From Chiloscyllium plagiosum (lineage: Eukaryota): a DNA stretch of 64,000 nucleotides. The notes under the pieces are model-generated. The model saw nothing but the letters and a program-made list of their open reading frames with translations, searched no databases and had not been told where the DNA came from. Shown piece after piece: positions 40,299 to 52,148 of this stretch; positions within the stretch are counted from its first letter, which is position 1; every line of letters starts with the position of its first letter. The translations under genes and the position numbers were made by a program. Location of the stretch: assembly GCF_004010195.1 (NCBI RefSeq), contig NC_057717.1, positions 104,817,904 to 104,881,903 of the forward strand, written 5' to 3'.

Positions 40299-42264
40299 GG
40301 TGCTACATTTGCGTTTGTTAATGCAGGATGTTATTTAACCTTTGACAGTGTTCATTGTTTTATCAGGACATATTTTCAATTAAATAGTTTTGAAAATGAA
40401 CACTTTTGTGTCTTAACACTCACTTTGGCATGTTTTAATATCACAGGTACATATTTCTATACAGATCATAAACTTATGGTTTGGCATTCTAACATTAAAT
40501 TTTAAAATCCAGAAATGCTTTGGTTGCAAGTATTCCAGACTAGAGCAATTACGTTGTATAAATATAAAGAATATCCATCTTAAAATAAGGAAAAGAAAAA
40601 TGTTTTTTTGTTAAAGTCTTGGTGGTATTTAGATTTTTTAAAATAAAAGAAATACAGTTTGGCCTGATATAGACAACAAATACAAAAAATTGGCACAATG
40701 GGCATACTAAAATATATCCACATGGCTGATACATGCAGAATGTATATATCAGGCTAGAAACTGCTACAGATGATTTCAGCAAACAGATGCTTATTATACT
40801 CACACCAAATTCTATTCCTGCTATTTTACACTATCCTGCTTTGAGGAACTAATTTTCCAAGTTACAACATTGGCCTAGTGTGAAATCTCCACCCAACGGC
40901 TTACTCTTCTGATTGATGCTATGTATATTCTTTTGTAATGTCTAGTAGCCCTTCCTCGCTTTCAACTTTGATTTTGTCTGGTTAAAAGTCAACCATAATT
41001 TTATAAGAGAGGAAGATGAAAGAAAATCTCAGAGAGCTACTTTCTGTGCAATATACTCAGTCCCATCTCTTATGGAGAAGTATAGAATCTTATTTACAAT
41101 ACAAGAATGCTAATCATTTGTCTTAATTGAAACCTATATTTCCATCAACTGCCCCCACCAAATCACTGTCATCCCAACCCAATACTTCAGTGAATGTGGA
41201 AGGGTTGCATTGTCTTAGAGCATCCCCATTCATTTCTGTGGTAAGAAGAACTTTAAATCAATCTGGGAAGTAATCTGTTGCATTTTACTAATGTCTACTG
41301 CATTTCTAATGGCATCCATCCCTACTAAAATTAATAGCTCATTCAGTTCCACTGAAAGACCATCAACATGAAATGTTAACTCCATTTCTCTCTCCATAGA
41401 TGCTACCTGGCCAGCTACTTCTAGTATTTTCTGATCTTATTTCAAATTTCCAGCATCTGCTTGTAGTGAAATAAATGGAGCTGTGGTAGCATCCAAGCTT
41501 TCATTGATTTTGTCCTGGAGGACAACCTGAATTGGAGGCTCCTCAAGAAGGAAGAAATTACATGTTATTTTAATACTAATCAAATATATCGTTATCACTA
41601 TATTTCCCAAGATAGAGATGGGAGTGATATAAAGCAGGTACTCTCCTCTTGATTCTTTTCTTTCTCTTTAATTTGGTTATAATCAGAACCAATTGCCAGG
41701 TAAGTGACAGTTTCTTGTTACACACCAGCGGGAAACTGGTCTTTGAAGAAGTCATGGCATTTAGGGTATAGCTGTCAGAACAAGAAATAGACTTGAACCC
41801 TAATTCCAACAAAGCAGGAGATATATAATTTTGGTCTCTTGTTGGATTGAATTCCCTCATATGAATTTCATTCTTCTATTTCCTGGCTAAGGTGCCAGTC
41901 ATTTGACCTGTTTCCATTTAATGTCAATATCAATTATGTGCATACACCAGGAGGTAAGAGGGCATCTGGGTTGCTGGCTCCCAATTTCACCCCTTACCTC
42001 ATCTCCAAGATTAGAGTTCTGCCATGAAATGAATCACAAATGCAATGTTCAGGTAGACCATGAATTAGCAAGCTGAACACATCAAAACATCGTACTACAA
42101 AACAGTAACTTGTCCACAATGTTTCCAAATATGCTTTGTTAAATGTGATACTCGAATAAAAGTTTTAAACCAATGTCACAGAAACTCTTATTCTGACAAA
42201 CTGTAACTTTATTACTTTAATTAACCCTTAGTCCAGCTAAGATAATATTACCAGTCTCTACTTA

Positions 42265-42372
<108 letters not shown>

Positions 42373-43087
42373 CTATTACGACACATTGAAAGCTCTGTGA
42401 GAAACTTAAATAGGTAGCTAGAAAGGGGACATTGTTGCATTGTATTAACTGTTACAAGCGGTGATAATGTGTGTACTAGCAGGTCTACTTATAGCTATTT
42501 CAATGGCATCTACTCAATGTCACAAACTATGGGTTAGAAGCTTATCCTTGAATTCTGGGTTTGATTCCAACTAAAATATTGGTTAGAAAGTCTTTCAATA
42601 AGCTCAACCACTAAAGTGAAACAGGCCTGATACAGTTTCAGTGTAGGACTCAGTGGAAATTATACCTCAACTCAAAACTGCCACAAGGCTACCCGACTTG
42701 TCAAAGGAATAAAAAGTATCATAGTGCTGCATAAGAGCTCTGTTTCAGGAAATGCATTGGTTGGAGTAAAGTAGAAGAAACTTTATACAGCACGTTCTGG
42801 TATAATGTGTGTTTCATCAATACAAATTGGCTATAGCATGATTGACAAATTGTGGATGCTGTTTGGATAATGCAAACTTTCTACTGAACAGATATAGTGA
42901 TTTTCTATAGCACGATGCTACACAGGAACGCAACTGTCACATTATATTAGAATGCACAGTTGCGCATTGGGCTTGGTCTGGGAATGCATGATGTTCACAC
43001 TGGCTATATAAAATGAAAGGTGTGCCTTCTCAGTACTACGTTTGCTTTCACAAGCATGACTTGCTAAATAAAACATTTTTATTTTAC

Positions 43088-43155
43088 CTTTGTGAGTTCT
43101 TGTGCATTGGCAAGGTTGTCCACAGCGATGGCCAAGAATACATTCAGCAGAGTGT
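43088..43155 (-). CDS. CACNA1A: CACNA1A exon 17-equivalent (68 nt): YTLLNVFLAIAVDNLANAQELTK (IIS6 end)
   Basis: ccag acceptor and gtaaaa donor; manual translation. Confidence 0.95.
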
Positions 43156-44404
43156 CTGGTTACCAAAATGAAGGTAATAAAAGACAGTGAATGTGCACAA
43201 AAACTCTAAAGTGATCATATACTGGTAGATGGGGAGAAACAGTTCCCACTGGTGGCAGGATGGCAATCCAGTGGACATAGATTTAAGGTAAATGGCAGAA
43301 GAAGCAATAGTGACATGAGGAAAATCTTTTCACGCATCAAGTGTTTGGGATCTGGAACGTACTGCCTGATAGTATGGTGGAGGGAAGGTGAAACAAAAAT
43401 TGCAACAAGGAATTGGATCATTATCTCAAAGGAAGCAAATTAGGCCTAAAAGACGAAGACAGAAATGAAATTAGGTGAGGTTCTCCTTCAAAAAGATGTG
43501 CTGAATAGCCTCCTTCTGTGCTATAATGATTCTGTGGTTCTTTCATTTAATAGGGAAAAGGCAAGAAATTGGCACCAAGTTAAAATGCTCAGACAACCAG
43601 AGCAGACATAACGTCATAGAGTCATACAGCACAGAAAGAGACCCTTTGGTTCAACTAATTCGTGCTGACCAGACATTCCAATCTGACCTAGTTCCACTTG
43701 CCAGCATTTGGCCCATATCCCACTAAACTGTTTCTATTCATATACTCTTTCAGATGCCTTTTACATGGTGTAATTACACCCGCCTCCACCACTACCTTTG
43801 GCATGTGATTACATACACACAACACCCTCTGCATGGAAAAGTTACCCCTCAGGTTATTTTTAAGTCTTTACCCTCACACCTTAAACCTATGCCCTCTAGT
43901 TTTTTTACTTTAGGAAAAAGACCTTGCCCCTCATGATTTTATAAACCTCTATAACTTCAACCTTATAAACAGCTTATGGGGAGTTGGAATGTGAGGTAAC
44001 CACTGCAGAATTCACAGCCTCCAACCTGCATTTTATATAGCTCGTCCTATGATTATTCTGGTCAATAAAAGTCATTGTTGCTGGGGATTTGAAAAGCAAT
44101 GGTAATTCATTGGATTATCTCTTGCTGATGATAACATTTGTGTATTACCAATGTTAAGTTACAGGGTCAAAGATAAAGTAGCTGAAGATAGTTGGGCCAA
44201 GTACTGAGGAAGTCCTGCAGTCATGTTCTGGTGCTGAGATGATTGTGTTTCACTTACCATCACCATTTTCCTTTCTTTGAGGGATGGCTCCAACCAGTGT
44301 GTCAGAATATTCCTTTTGACTTCAATTTATTTGGGGCTGAAGATCTACACTTGTTAAAATGCCAACTTGTGATCACGGGCAGTTACTGTCCCCTCATTTC
44401 TGGA

Positions 44405-44620
44405 CGAAAGTGAGCACTGCAGATGCTGGGGATTGGAATCAAGAGTGCTGGGATAGCACAGCAGGTCAGGCAGCATTCAAGGCTCAGGAAAATCAATGTT
44501 TCAGGCAAACACCCTTCATCAGGAAGGGCTTCCTGATGAAGGGCTTTTACCCAAAACGTCGATTTTCCTGCTCCTCGGATATGCCTAACCTGCTGTGCTT
44601 TTCCAGCACCACACTCTTGA
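44405..44620. mobile_element. Family A palindromic PLE-derived insertion
   Basis: Inverted arms; TSD cctcatttctgga at 44392-44404 and 44621-44633. Confidence 0.8.
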
Positions 44621-45701
44621 CCTCATTTCTGGAGTTCAGCCCTTTTGTTTGGAACAAGGCTGTAATGAGGTCTGGTGCTTCTGCCATCATCAGATCAAAA
44701 TATAATTGCTATTATTTTTCTATAATTTAGAAGAATATCAGTTTGATATCAAGCATATGATGCATATGGCTTGTCTAATAAACTAACCGATAAGATTTTG
44801 AATTTCAAAATTCAACTTTAACAACAAATAGAATGTGCACCATCATCTCTCCATGATGTGGAGATGTCAGAGTTGGACTGGGGTGGACAAGGTCAAAAAT
44901 CAAACAACACCAGGTTTATTTGAAATTGCAAGCTTTTGGAACGTGGTATGATAGGGTAGTATAAGACACAGTATTTATAAGCAAAAATTAACTTTAAAAC
45001 TAGCTTCCCGTGTTGAATCCTTTAATTGGTTAGGAAGTCGATTGCTAATTAAAATGCAAAATCCAGATTCCTTTCAAGTCCCTAGATAGTTAAAGGTTTT
45101 ATTAATGAACAAGAGGTAACACCTCAGGTTAGACAATCACTTTAGGTGTGAGGTCCCCTTAAAACATAGGCAGATTTGAAGTGGGACCTCACACCTAAAG
45201 TGCATCAGTTTTATCCTTTTCCATAAGTATTTTACAACTAATAGAAATATGATCACTTGCCCAGTAGTGCCACCCCCCTCCTCAACTGACATTTTAGTCA
45301 CTTGTCCTGCCTTAATCCCCAGTGGAAGATCAAGTTTTGCTCCTTCTTTAGTGGGTACATCCACATATTGAATAAAAAGTTTTCTTGTACGCAATTAACA
45401 AATTCCTCCCCATCCAAGCCCCTAACACTATGACTGTCCCAGTTTGGATGTTTGGAAAATTGAAATCCCTTACTGGTTACAACCCTGTTATTAGAGTCAT
45501 AGAGTCATAGGGATGTACAGCATGGAAACTGACCCTTCGGTCCAACCAGGAATGTAACAAGAGCTAATCTTATAGCCCAGTGGTGTGGCAAAGTGGGGCA
45601 TTCAACATCTATAGGAGCACACAGGCATTTCTGCAGGTGACTCCAGGATGGAATGTTGCCTCCCTGGTTCCAGGGACAAGATGTCATAGAGTCATAGAGA
45701 T

Positions 45702-46002
45702 CAAAGTTTGTGCGAAGATTTGTAGCTCGGGTGCTCGTTGCTGTGGTTCTGTTCGCCGAGCTGGAAGTTTTTGTTGCAAACGTTTCGTCCCCTGGCTAGG
45801 CGACATCATCAGTGCTTGGGAGCCTCCTGCGAAGCGCTTCTTTGATGTTTCCTCCGGTGTTTATAGTGGTCTGTCCCTGCCGCTTCCGGTTGTCAGTTTC
45901 AGCTGTCCGCTGTAGTGGTTGGTATATTGGGTCCAGGTCGATGTGTTTGTTGATGGAGTTTGTGGATTCACAAACTTCCAGCTCGGCGAACAGAACCACA
46001 GC
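45702..46002 (-). mobile_element. Family B Penelope pLTR fragment inserted in a CR1 tail
   Basis: Reverse complement of 1360-1587; TSD agtcatagagat at 45690-45701 and 46003-46014. Confidence 0.85.
45776..45815 (-). ncRNA. Minimal type I hammerhead ribozyme motif (family B)
   Basis: The minus strand reads GCA-CTGATGA-T-GTCgCCT-agcc-AGGgGAC-GAAAC-GTT-TGC: stem I GCA/TGC, stem II, ACGT palindrome, GUU triplet. Confidence 0.72.
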
Positions 46003-47358
46003 AGTCATAGAGATGTACAGCATAGAAACAGACCTTTCGGTCTAACCCGTCCATGCCGACCAGATATCCCAACCCAATCTAGTCCTACCTGCCAGCACCC
46101 GGCCCATATCCTTCCAAACCCTTCCTATTCATATTCTTACAGGTTTTGGAGATCTCCTTACATATTTGCTTCTCAGGTTTCCACTGACTATTGGGGGGCC
46201 TATAATATAATCCCAACAAGGTGATCATCCCATTCTTATTTCTCAGTTCCACCCATATAACTTCACTGAATGATCTCCCTGGATTATCCTTCCCAAGTAC
46301 AGCAGTAATGTTATCCCTATTTGACTAAAAACTTTAACTCTCTCTCTCTGTCTACACAAATGCTGCCAGATCTGCTGAGCTTTTTGCACACTTGTTTTAT
46401 TTTTAATTTCAGACTTCCAGCATCTGCAATATTTTAATTTTAATTTAACAAAGCAGATATTTTCTTCATTTTATTAGCTTGCACTATGGTAGACGTCTTT
46501 TTGTTATAAAAAGGAACAAATTAAAACCCAGGTAACTTCCCATAGCAGATACAGATGTATTCTGAGCCACTCAGACCACTTTCCAACAGCTGATTTCAGA
46601 ATGTCTTGGATGCAAATCTCAGTACAATAACCAATCAAATGCAAATTAGTGTCAATATAGGAAATTGAATTTAAAACAGGAAATGCTGGAAATATTCACC
46701 GCAATGGGCAGCACCAGAACTTATGTAATTGTTTCAGGTCAATGACCTTTCATTGGAGATGTGATAAAAGGTTTTGACAATCGTACAATGGATATTAAAT
46801 ATCACAGGTACAACCATTGGAGATATAGGAGAATACAACTTCAATAAACAGGTCACCTCATTCTTATTGTTTGCAAAATAAAATGGAACAAATAATGTGA
46901 TTGGTCCAAACTCTATTCATCAGACAGAATAAACTTTGTAAAGATCATGGTTTAGAGTAGAAGGGACTACGTAATATATTTTTTGATTTCTTAAAAGATC
47001 TGTTATAAAGCACAAATATGGAAATCTATCACAGAACGTTTCTAATATCTGGAACAAAATCTAAGAATAATTTATCAGATTAACATTTGGGATAGACAGC
47101 TACGGGGTGATCTGACTTATATCATTACAATAATGACTTTTGGGAGCTGATAAAGCTGATAAAGATTCAGAACAAGAAGATCAAAAGAAAATACAGAATT
47201 TCCATTGGAATATCAAGAGTTCTACAAAATATGCAGTATTCACGAAAGCCACTAGGGTCCTATAGCTTGCTCTAACCAACAAGGTGTGTCCATGTTCCTG
47301 TTGGAACTGTGCCAAACAACTGATATTCAAAGGTTCACATTTGAAATGACAAGGATAC

Positions 47359-47476
47359 AGTTTCCAAAGAGAGTCAGAACAATGAAATAGACTGAAGAAA
47401 TCATCCCTCTGTTAACACCGCCCTGGGATTCTATCCCATCATACATCACAACATTCCAATCTTCACCAGTCAGAAT
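47359..47476 (-). CDS. CACNA1A: CACNA1A exon 16-equivalent (118 nt): [39 protein letters not shown] (DII selectivity-filter Glu and IIS6 start)
   Basis: ctttag acceptor; TGEDW filter motif; followed by a GTATCCTT U12-type donor. Confidence 0.96.
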
Positions 47477-47979
47477 CTAAAGGGAAAAAACATAACATTT
47501 ATCTACTTAAAATATATTTTTATTTCCCATTGCCAACTCTGTTTACAGGACAGTAAAGTTTTGCTGGTACGCAGTTCATTCTTTGGAGACAGCAGCATGC
47601 AAGAGACCCCTTCAAATGCCCAACTGCATGCAAACTATCAAATTCTTATAACATTCTGGCAAAATCCAGCAATTTAATACAATATTCATTTTATTTAAAA
47701 GATATTTCTTAGAAGGTCACAAGCTGAGCAGCTAAATCTACGTAACTTAGTTTGAACACCATACCATTTTGATTGCCGCCATAGCAATAATTAATTGTGA
47801 AGTGTTTTGAGACAGCATGACAAAAGGGCTTAAGAGCAATATTGCACTCCAATACATTGATTTTTCAAAATTAAATCCACATGCTTTTTTAAACCCAAGA
47901 TGTGTGTGGTTGAATTTTTTTACTGTCTTTTTTACTTATTTCAACTGGATGAGTGGAATATTTCGACATCATGTCTTAC

Positions 47980-48052
47980 CTGAAATACAGTCATTATTGC
48001 TGCAGGAAAAGTATCAAAGTTGGTGGAGGGTGTGCCAGATTCAAAATTAAAT
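47980..48052 (-). CDS. CACNA1A: CACNA1A exon 15-equivalent (73 nt): [24 protein letters not shown]
   Basis: ttacag acceptor and gtaaga donor; domain II pore helix. Confidence 0.95.
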
Positions 48053-48446
48053 CTGTAACATTTGAAAAAAAAAGGAAGCTTTGAATCAAAACTATGTATT
48101 TCTCTTGATTTCAGTCAAAACCAAATTATGGTTTCTTTTCAAATGCTTCCCCTGCCCTTAAATGAGAGCACTGATCCCTCCTGTCAGTTGCAATTACATC
48201 AAAAATCCTTCAATGTCTTTCTTAAATAATCATTCTTTATTCATTAAAATAGACAGTGAAAGACAATTTATTTGCAGATCAAGGAAAATATCATGAAGCA
48301 ATGCTGACTTTGTTTTTCCTGCATACAGACTTTCTAGCTGATGAGAAATAGAGATGGGCTTTGCTCGTCATGGTTGTAAACTATTATATCCCAAAGTTAA
48401 AAATCACACAACACGAGGTTATAGTCCAACAGTTTTAATTGGAAGC

Positions 48447-48482
48447 ACACTAGCTTTCGGACTGACACTCCTTCATCAGGTG
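48447..48482 (-). ncRNA. Minimal type I hammerhead ribozyme motif (family C)
   Basis: The minus strand reads CAC-CTGATGA-A-GGA-gtgtcag-TCC-GAAAG-CTA-GTG: stem I CAC/GTG, AGCT palindrome, CUA triplet. Confidence 0.65.
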
Positions 48483-49005
48483 GTAGTATCCCAGTTACTG
48501 TCACTGCTGAAATATGCAAATTCTGACAAAGAATAGACCTATGATGTCTGACTGAAAGAATAAGCATTGCATACATCAAATAAGTAATCAGGCCATAAAG
48601 CATCCTGTTATTTTTAAATCCTCTCCTTTCATGTAATGTTTAAAAACAGCAGACATGATATGCTCCAGATTTCTTGCACTTTTATAGACAACCATGAGAG
48701 TTAGAGTATGTCACTTCTTTTTGTTCAGTCTTTGTTGGAATGTTAATTTTCCTCATAGATTCAAATTAGTACTAAAATATTCCATGTATGCTCAGTTTTA
48801 CTGTGACAGACATGTAACACTCCTGGCAAGGAGTCAAGGCTATCAGTCAGATAGCAAGCGAAAGAAAACTGACAAAAATTATAGGAAGAACCAGGCATAT
48901 AATTACACTGTAAAGCTACTGAATGATCATTTCAAAGCGATTAACATTCTACAGCACTGTTTAAGAAAAACAGACTGCAACATAAACTAATTCCAGCTTA
49001 GAAAC

Positions 49006-49040
49006 CATCTGATGAAGGAGCGATGGTCCGAAAGCTAGTG
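49006..49040 (+). ncRNA. Minimal type I hammerhead ribozyme motif (family C)
   Basis: CAT-CTGATGA-A-GGA-gcgatgg-TCC-GAAAG-CTA-GTG. Confidence 0.62.
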
Positions 49041-49530
49041 CTTCTAAATAAATCTGTTGGACTATAATCTGGTGTTGTGTGATTTTCAGTTTAAAAAGAT
49101 TTGTTCTTGTCAGATCTCGAACTTTTATGCTCAGCTGTGTTTGAATCATCTAGGAGAAAGTGAGGACTGCAGATGCTGGAGATCAGAGCTTACAAATGTG
49201 TGGCTGGAAAAGCGCAGCAGGTCAGGCAGCTTCAAAGGAACAGGAGAATCGATGTTTCAGGCATAAGCCCTTCTTCAGGAATGAGGAGGGTGTGCCAAGC
49301 AGGCTAAGATAAAAGATAGGGAGGAGGGACTTGGGGGAGGGGCGTTGGGAATACGATAGATGGAAGGAGGCTAAGGTGAGGGTGATAGGCCGGAGAGGGG
49401 GTGGGGGTGGAGAGGTCGGGAAGAAGAGTGCAGGTCAAGAAGGCGGTGCTGAGTCTGAGGGTTGTGACTGAGAAAAGGTGGGGGGAGGGGAAATGAGAAA
49501 GCTGGAGAAATCTGCATTCATCCCTTGTGG

Positions 49531-50298
49531 NNNNNNNNNNNNNNNNNNNNNNNNNNNNNNNNNNNNNNNNNNNNNNNNNNNNNNNNNNNNNNNNNNNNNN
49601 NNNNNNNNNNNNNNNNNNNNNNNNNNNNNNNNNNNNNNNNNNNNNNNNNNNNNNNNNNNNNNNNNNNNNNNNNNNNNNNNNNNNNNNNNNNNNNNNNNNN
49701 NNNNNNNNNNNNNNNNNNNNNNNNNNNNNNNNNNNNNNNNNNNNNNNNNNNNNNNNNNNNNNNNNNNNNNNNNNNNNNNNNNNNNNNNNNNNNNNNNNNN
49801 NNNNNNNNNNNNNNNNNNNNNNNNNNNNNNNNNNNNNNNNNNNNNNNNNNNNNNNNNNNNNNNNNNNNNNNNNNNNNNNNNNNNNNNNNNNNNNNNNNNN
49901 NNNNNNNNNNNNNNNNNNNNNNNNNNNNNNNNNNNNNNNNNNNNNNNNNNNNNNNNNNNNNNNNNNNNNNNNNNNNNNNNNNNNNNNNNNNNNNNNNNNN
50001 NNNNNNNNNNNNNNNNNNNNNNNNNNNNNNNNNNNNNNNNNNNNNNNNNNNNNNNNNNNNNNNNNNNNNNNNNNNNNNNNNNNNNNNNNNNNNNNNNNNN
50101 NNNNNNNNNNNNNNNNNNNNNNNNNNNNNNNNNNNNNNNNNNNNNNNNNNNNNNNNNNNNNNNNNNNNNNNNNNNNNNNNNNNNNNNNNNNNNNNNNNNN
50201 NNNNNNNNNNNNNNNNNNNNNNNNNNNNNNNNNNNNNNNNNNNNNNNNNNNNNNNNNNNNNNNNNNNNNNNNNNNNNNNNNNNNNNNNNNNNNNNNNN
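49531..50298. other. Assembly gap (768 N)
   Basis: N run. Confidence 1.
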
Positions 50299-50456
50299 CC
50301 TGGGCCTGCAATCTTCTTCCCGACCTCTCCGCCCCCACCCCCTCTCCGGCCTATCACCCTCACCTTAACCTTCTTCCACCTATTGTATTCCCAACGCCCC
50401 TCCCCCAAGTCCCTCCTCCCTACCTTTTATCTTAGCCTGCTTGGCACACCCTCCTC

Positions 50457-50492
50457 ATTCCTGAAGAAGGGCTCATGCCCGAAACGTCGATT
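50457..50492 (+). ncRNA. Minimal type I hammerhead ribozyme motif (family A)
   Basis: attc-CTGAAGA-A-GGGC-tcat-GCCC-GAAAC-GTC-gatt. Confidence 0.65.
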
Positions 50493-51049
50493 CTCCTGTT
50501 CCTTTGATGCTGCCTGACCTGCTGCACTTTTCCAGCAACACATTTTTAAGCTGTGTTTGAATCATGTTTTAATTATGAGATTTATTACATTATTATGTTT
50601 TAGGACTGTGGCTTTATTTCAGTGAGAAATGGAGTGAACCATGTAAACTGGTCTGAAGTCTGCTAACTGTAATTTGGGTTATTTTGATTGTTGTGGTTCA
50701 AAGGGGACCCACATTCTTCACTTGAGAAGAAGGTGCATGGTGCTTACTCTTGAAGACATTGATTGTAGCCTATGTGGTAACAGTAGGTCAACTGGAGGTC
50801 TCCACAGTCCCAAAAATGTGTTGTGCATGTCAGATTACAAATGGTTATGCTATAAACTTTCAATTTACTCCCAAGAGATACAAGAGGTGAGGTCTTAAGG
50901 AAAACTAATCAGCATTTCTACCTGGGTACCAGGTCCATGTGAGTCATGTTGCCATGGAAATTTCTTTAACCGGGGAAGGGTTTTTAAAGAGAGGCCTGAT
51001 ATCCAAGGAGATAGAGCAGATGCAGGCAACAAGATACTATGTTTCACTA

Positions 51050-51254
51050 CTGAAAATGTGTTACTGGAAAAGCGCAGCAGGTCAGGCAGCATCCAAGGAG
51101 CAGGAGAATCGACGTTTCGGGCATGAGCCCTTCTTCAGGAAAGATGCCCAAAACGTCGATTCTCCTGCTCCTTGGATGCTGCCTGACCTGCTGCGCTTTT
51201 CCAGCAACACATTTTCAGCTCTGATCTCCAGCATCTGCAGTCCTCACTTTCTCC
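51050..51254. mobile_element. Family A palindromic PLE-derived insertion
   Basis: Inverted arms; diverged flanking repeat act(a/g)tgtttc(a/g)cta. Confidence 0.8.
51106..51141 (-). ncRNA. Minimal type I hammerhead ribozyme motif (family A)
   Basis: The minus strand reads ttc-CTGAAGA-A-GGGC-tcat-GCCC-GAAAC-GTC-gattc. Confidence 0.62.
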
Positions 51255-51929
51255 ACTGTGTTTCGCTATACAAGAAGTGGACGAGAGCTAGCACATGGAT
51301 TGAAAAACCAAATTCATGAAGTGTTAAACTGAAGCTGGAACCTCTGCCTACCTAGTGCTACAGCAAGAATCTCTGAGTAAAAATACTTACTGGAAGTCAA
51401 TTGTCAAATTAAATATTCTCAGGCACAGAAAGGAATAGGACAAAGATTTACCCTCAGGAGTTATGACTCATTTTGGACTGCTTACAGAATTGATTTGTCT
51501 ACTTAAAGGTCGGCATAAAGTATATTTGTGAAGTGTGTCTTTGGTTGTATTGAAAAAAGAGGAAATTATTTTTTGTAGTTTAATGTACAAGCTTTCTATA
51601 AATATATTGTTTATTCATCCTCTCAGCTATTGCATGAAAATTCAAAATTCTTTTTTAAAAAGTTAACTCCTTGGGGGAGATCATAGCAGTTCCTAGCAAA
51701 ACTGCAAATAATGAATCTTCAACTACAATTCTAGCAAAATCTCCCATGATAATTGATGCTGTTTAAAATCAGTTCCTGGTTATGACCTTATTACATCATG
51801 TATCATTACTACTAATTAAATCATTTATTTCACTTAATTAAGCATTCCTAAATGATGCATGATTTGATTAGATCATAAAGTTACAGATGACATGCATACA
51901 AAACAAATATCGAGAAACCTGGTACTTAC

Positions 51930-52061
51930 TGGCCACCAAAGAGCTGCATTCCTAAAAGGGCAAATACAACAATAAAGAGGAACAATAGGAACAATAAGCT
52001 AATAATTGACTTCATGGAACTCAGTAAGGAGACAACCAAGTTTCGAAGAGAGGCCCAGTAC
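51930..52061 (-). CDS. CACNA1A: CACNA1A exon 14-equivalent (132 nt): [44 protein letters not shown] (IIS5)
   Basis: cccag acceptor and gtaagt donor; manual translation. Confidence 0.96.
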
Positions 52062-52148
52062 CTGGGATAAAAAGAAATATCTATCAGTTTTTATTGTCCT
52101 AGAGGAAGCCAAAATTCAAAATCAGCATTAAATCCTGTACCTGTGTTA

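Larger units (their letters stand above)
43156..47358 (-). other. U12-type (minor spliceosome) GT-AG intron, 4203 nt
   Basis: The 5' end is GTATCCTT (47351-47358). The 3' end ...ttattaccttcattttggtaaccag has a U12-like branch motif (TACCTTCAT) close to the AG and no long polypyrimidine tract. Confidence 0.85.
49150..50548. mobile_element. Longer family A PLE insertion with inverted arms of about 250 bp around a gap
   Basis: 49190-49440 is the reverse complement of 50300-50550; TSD agctgtgtttgaatcat at 49133-49149 and 50549-50565. Confidence 0.82.

Noticed and set aside
49304..50517. ORFs of about 300-340 aa
   Set aside because: Mostly N gap flanked by repeat sequence.
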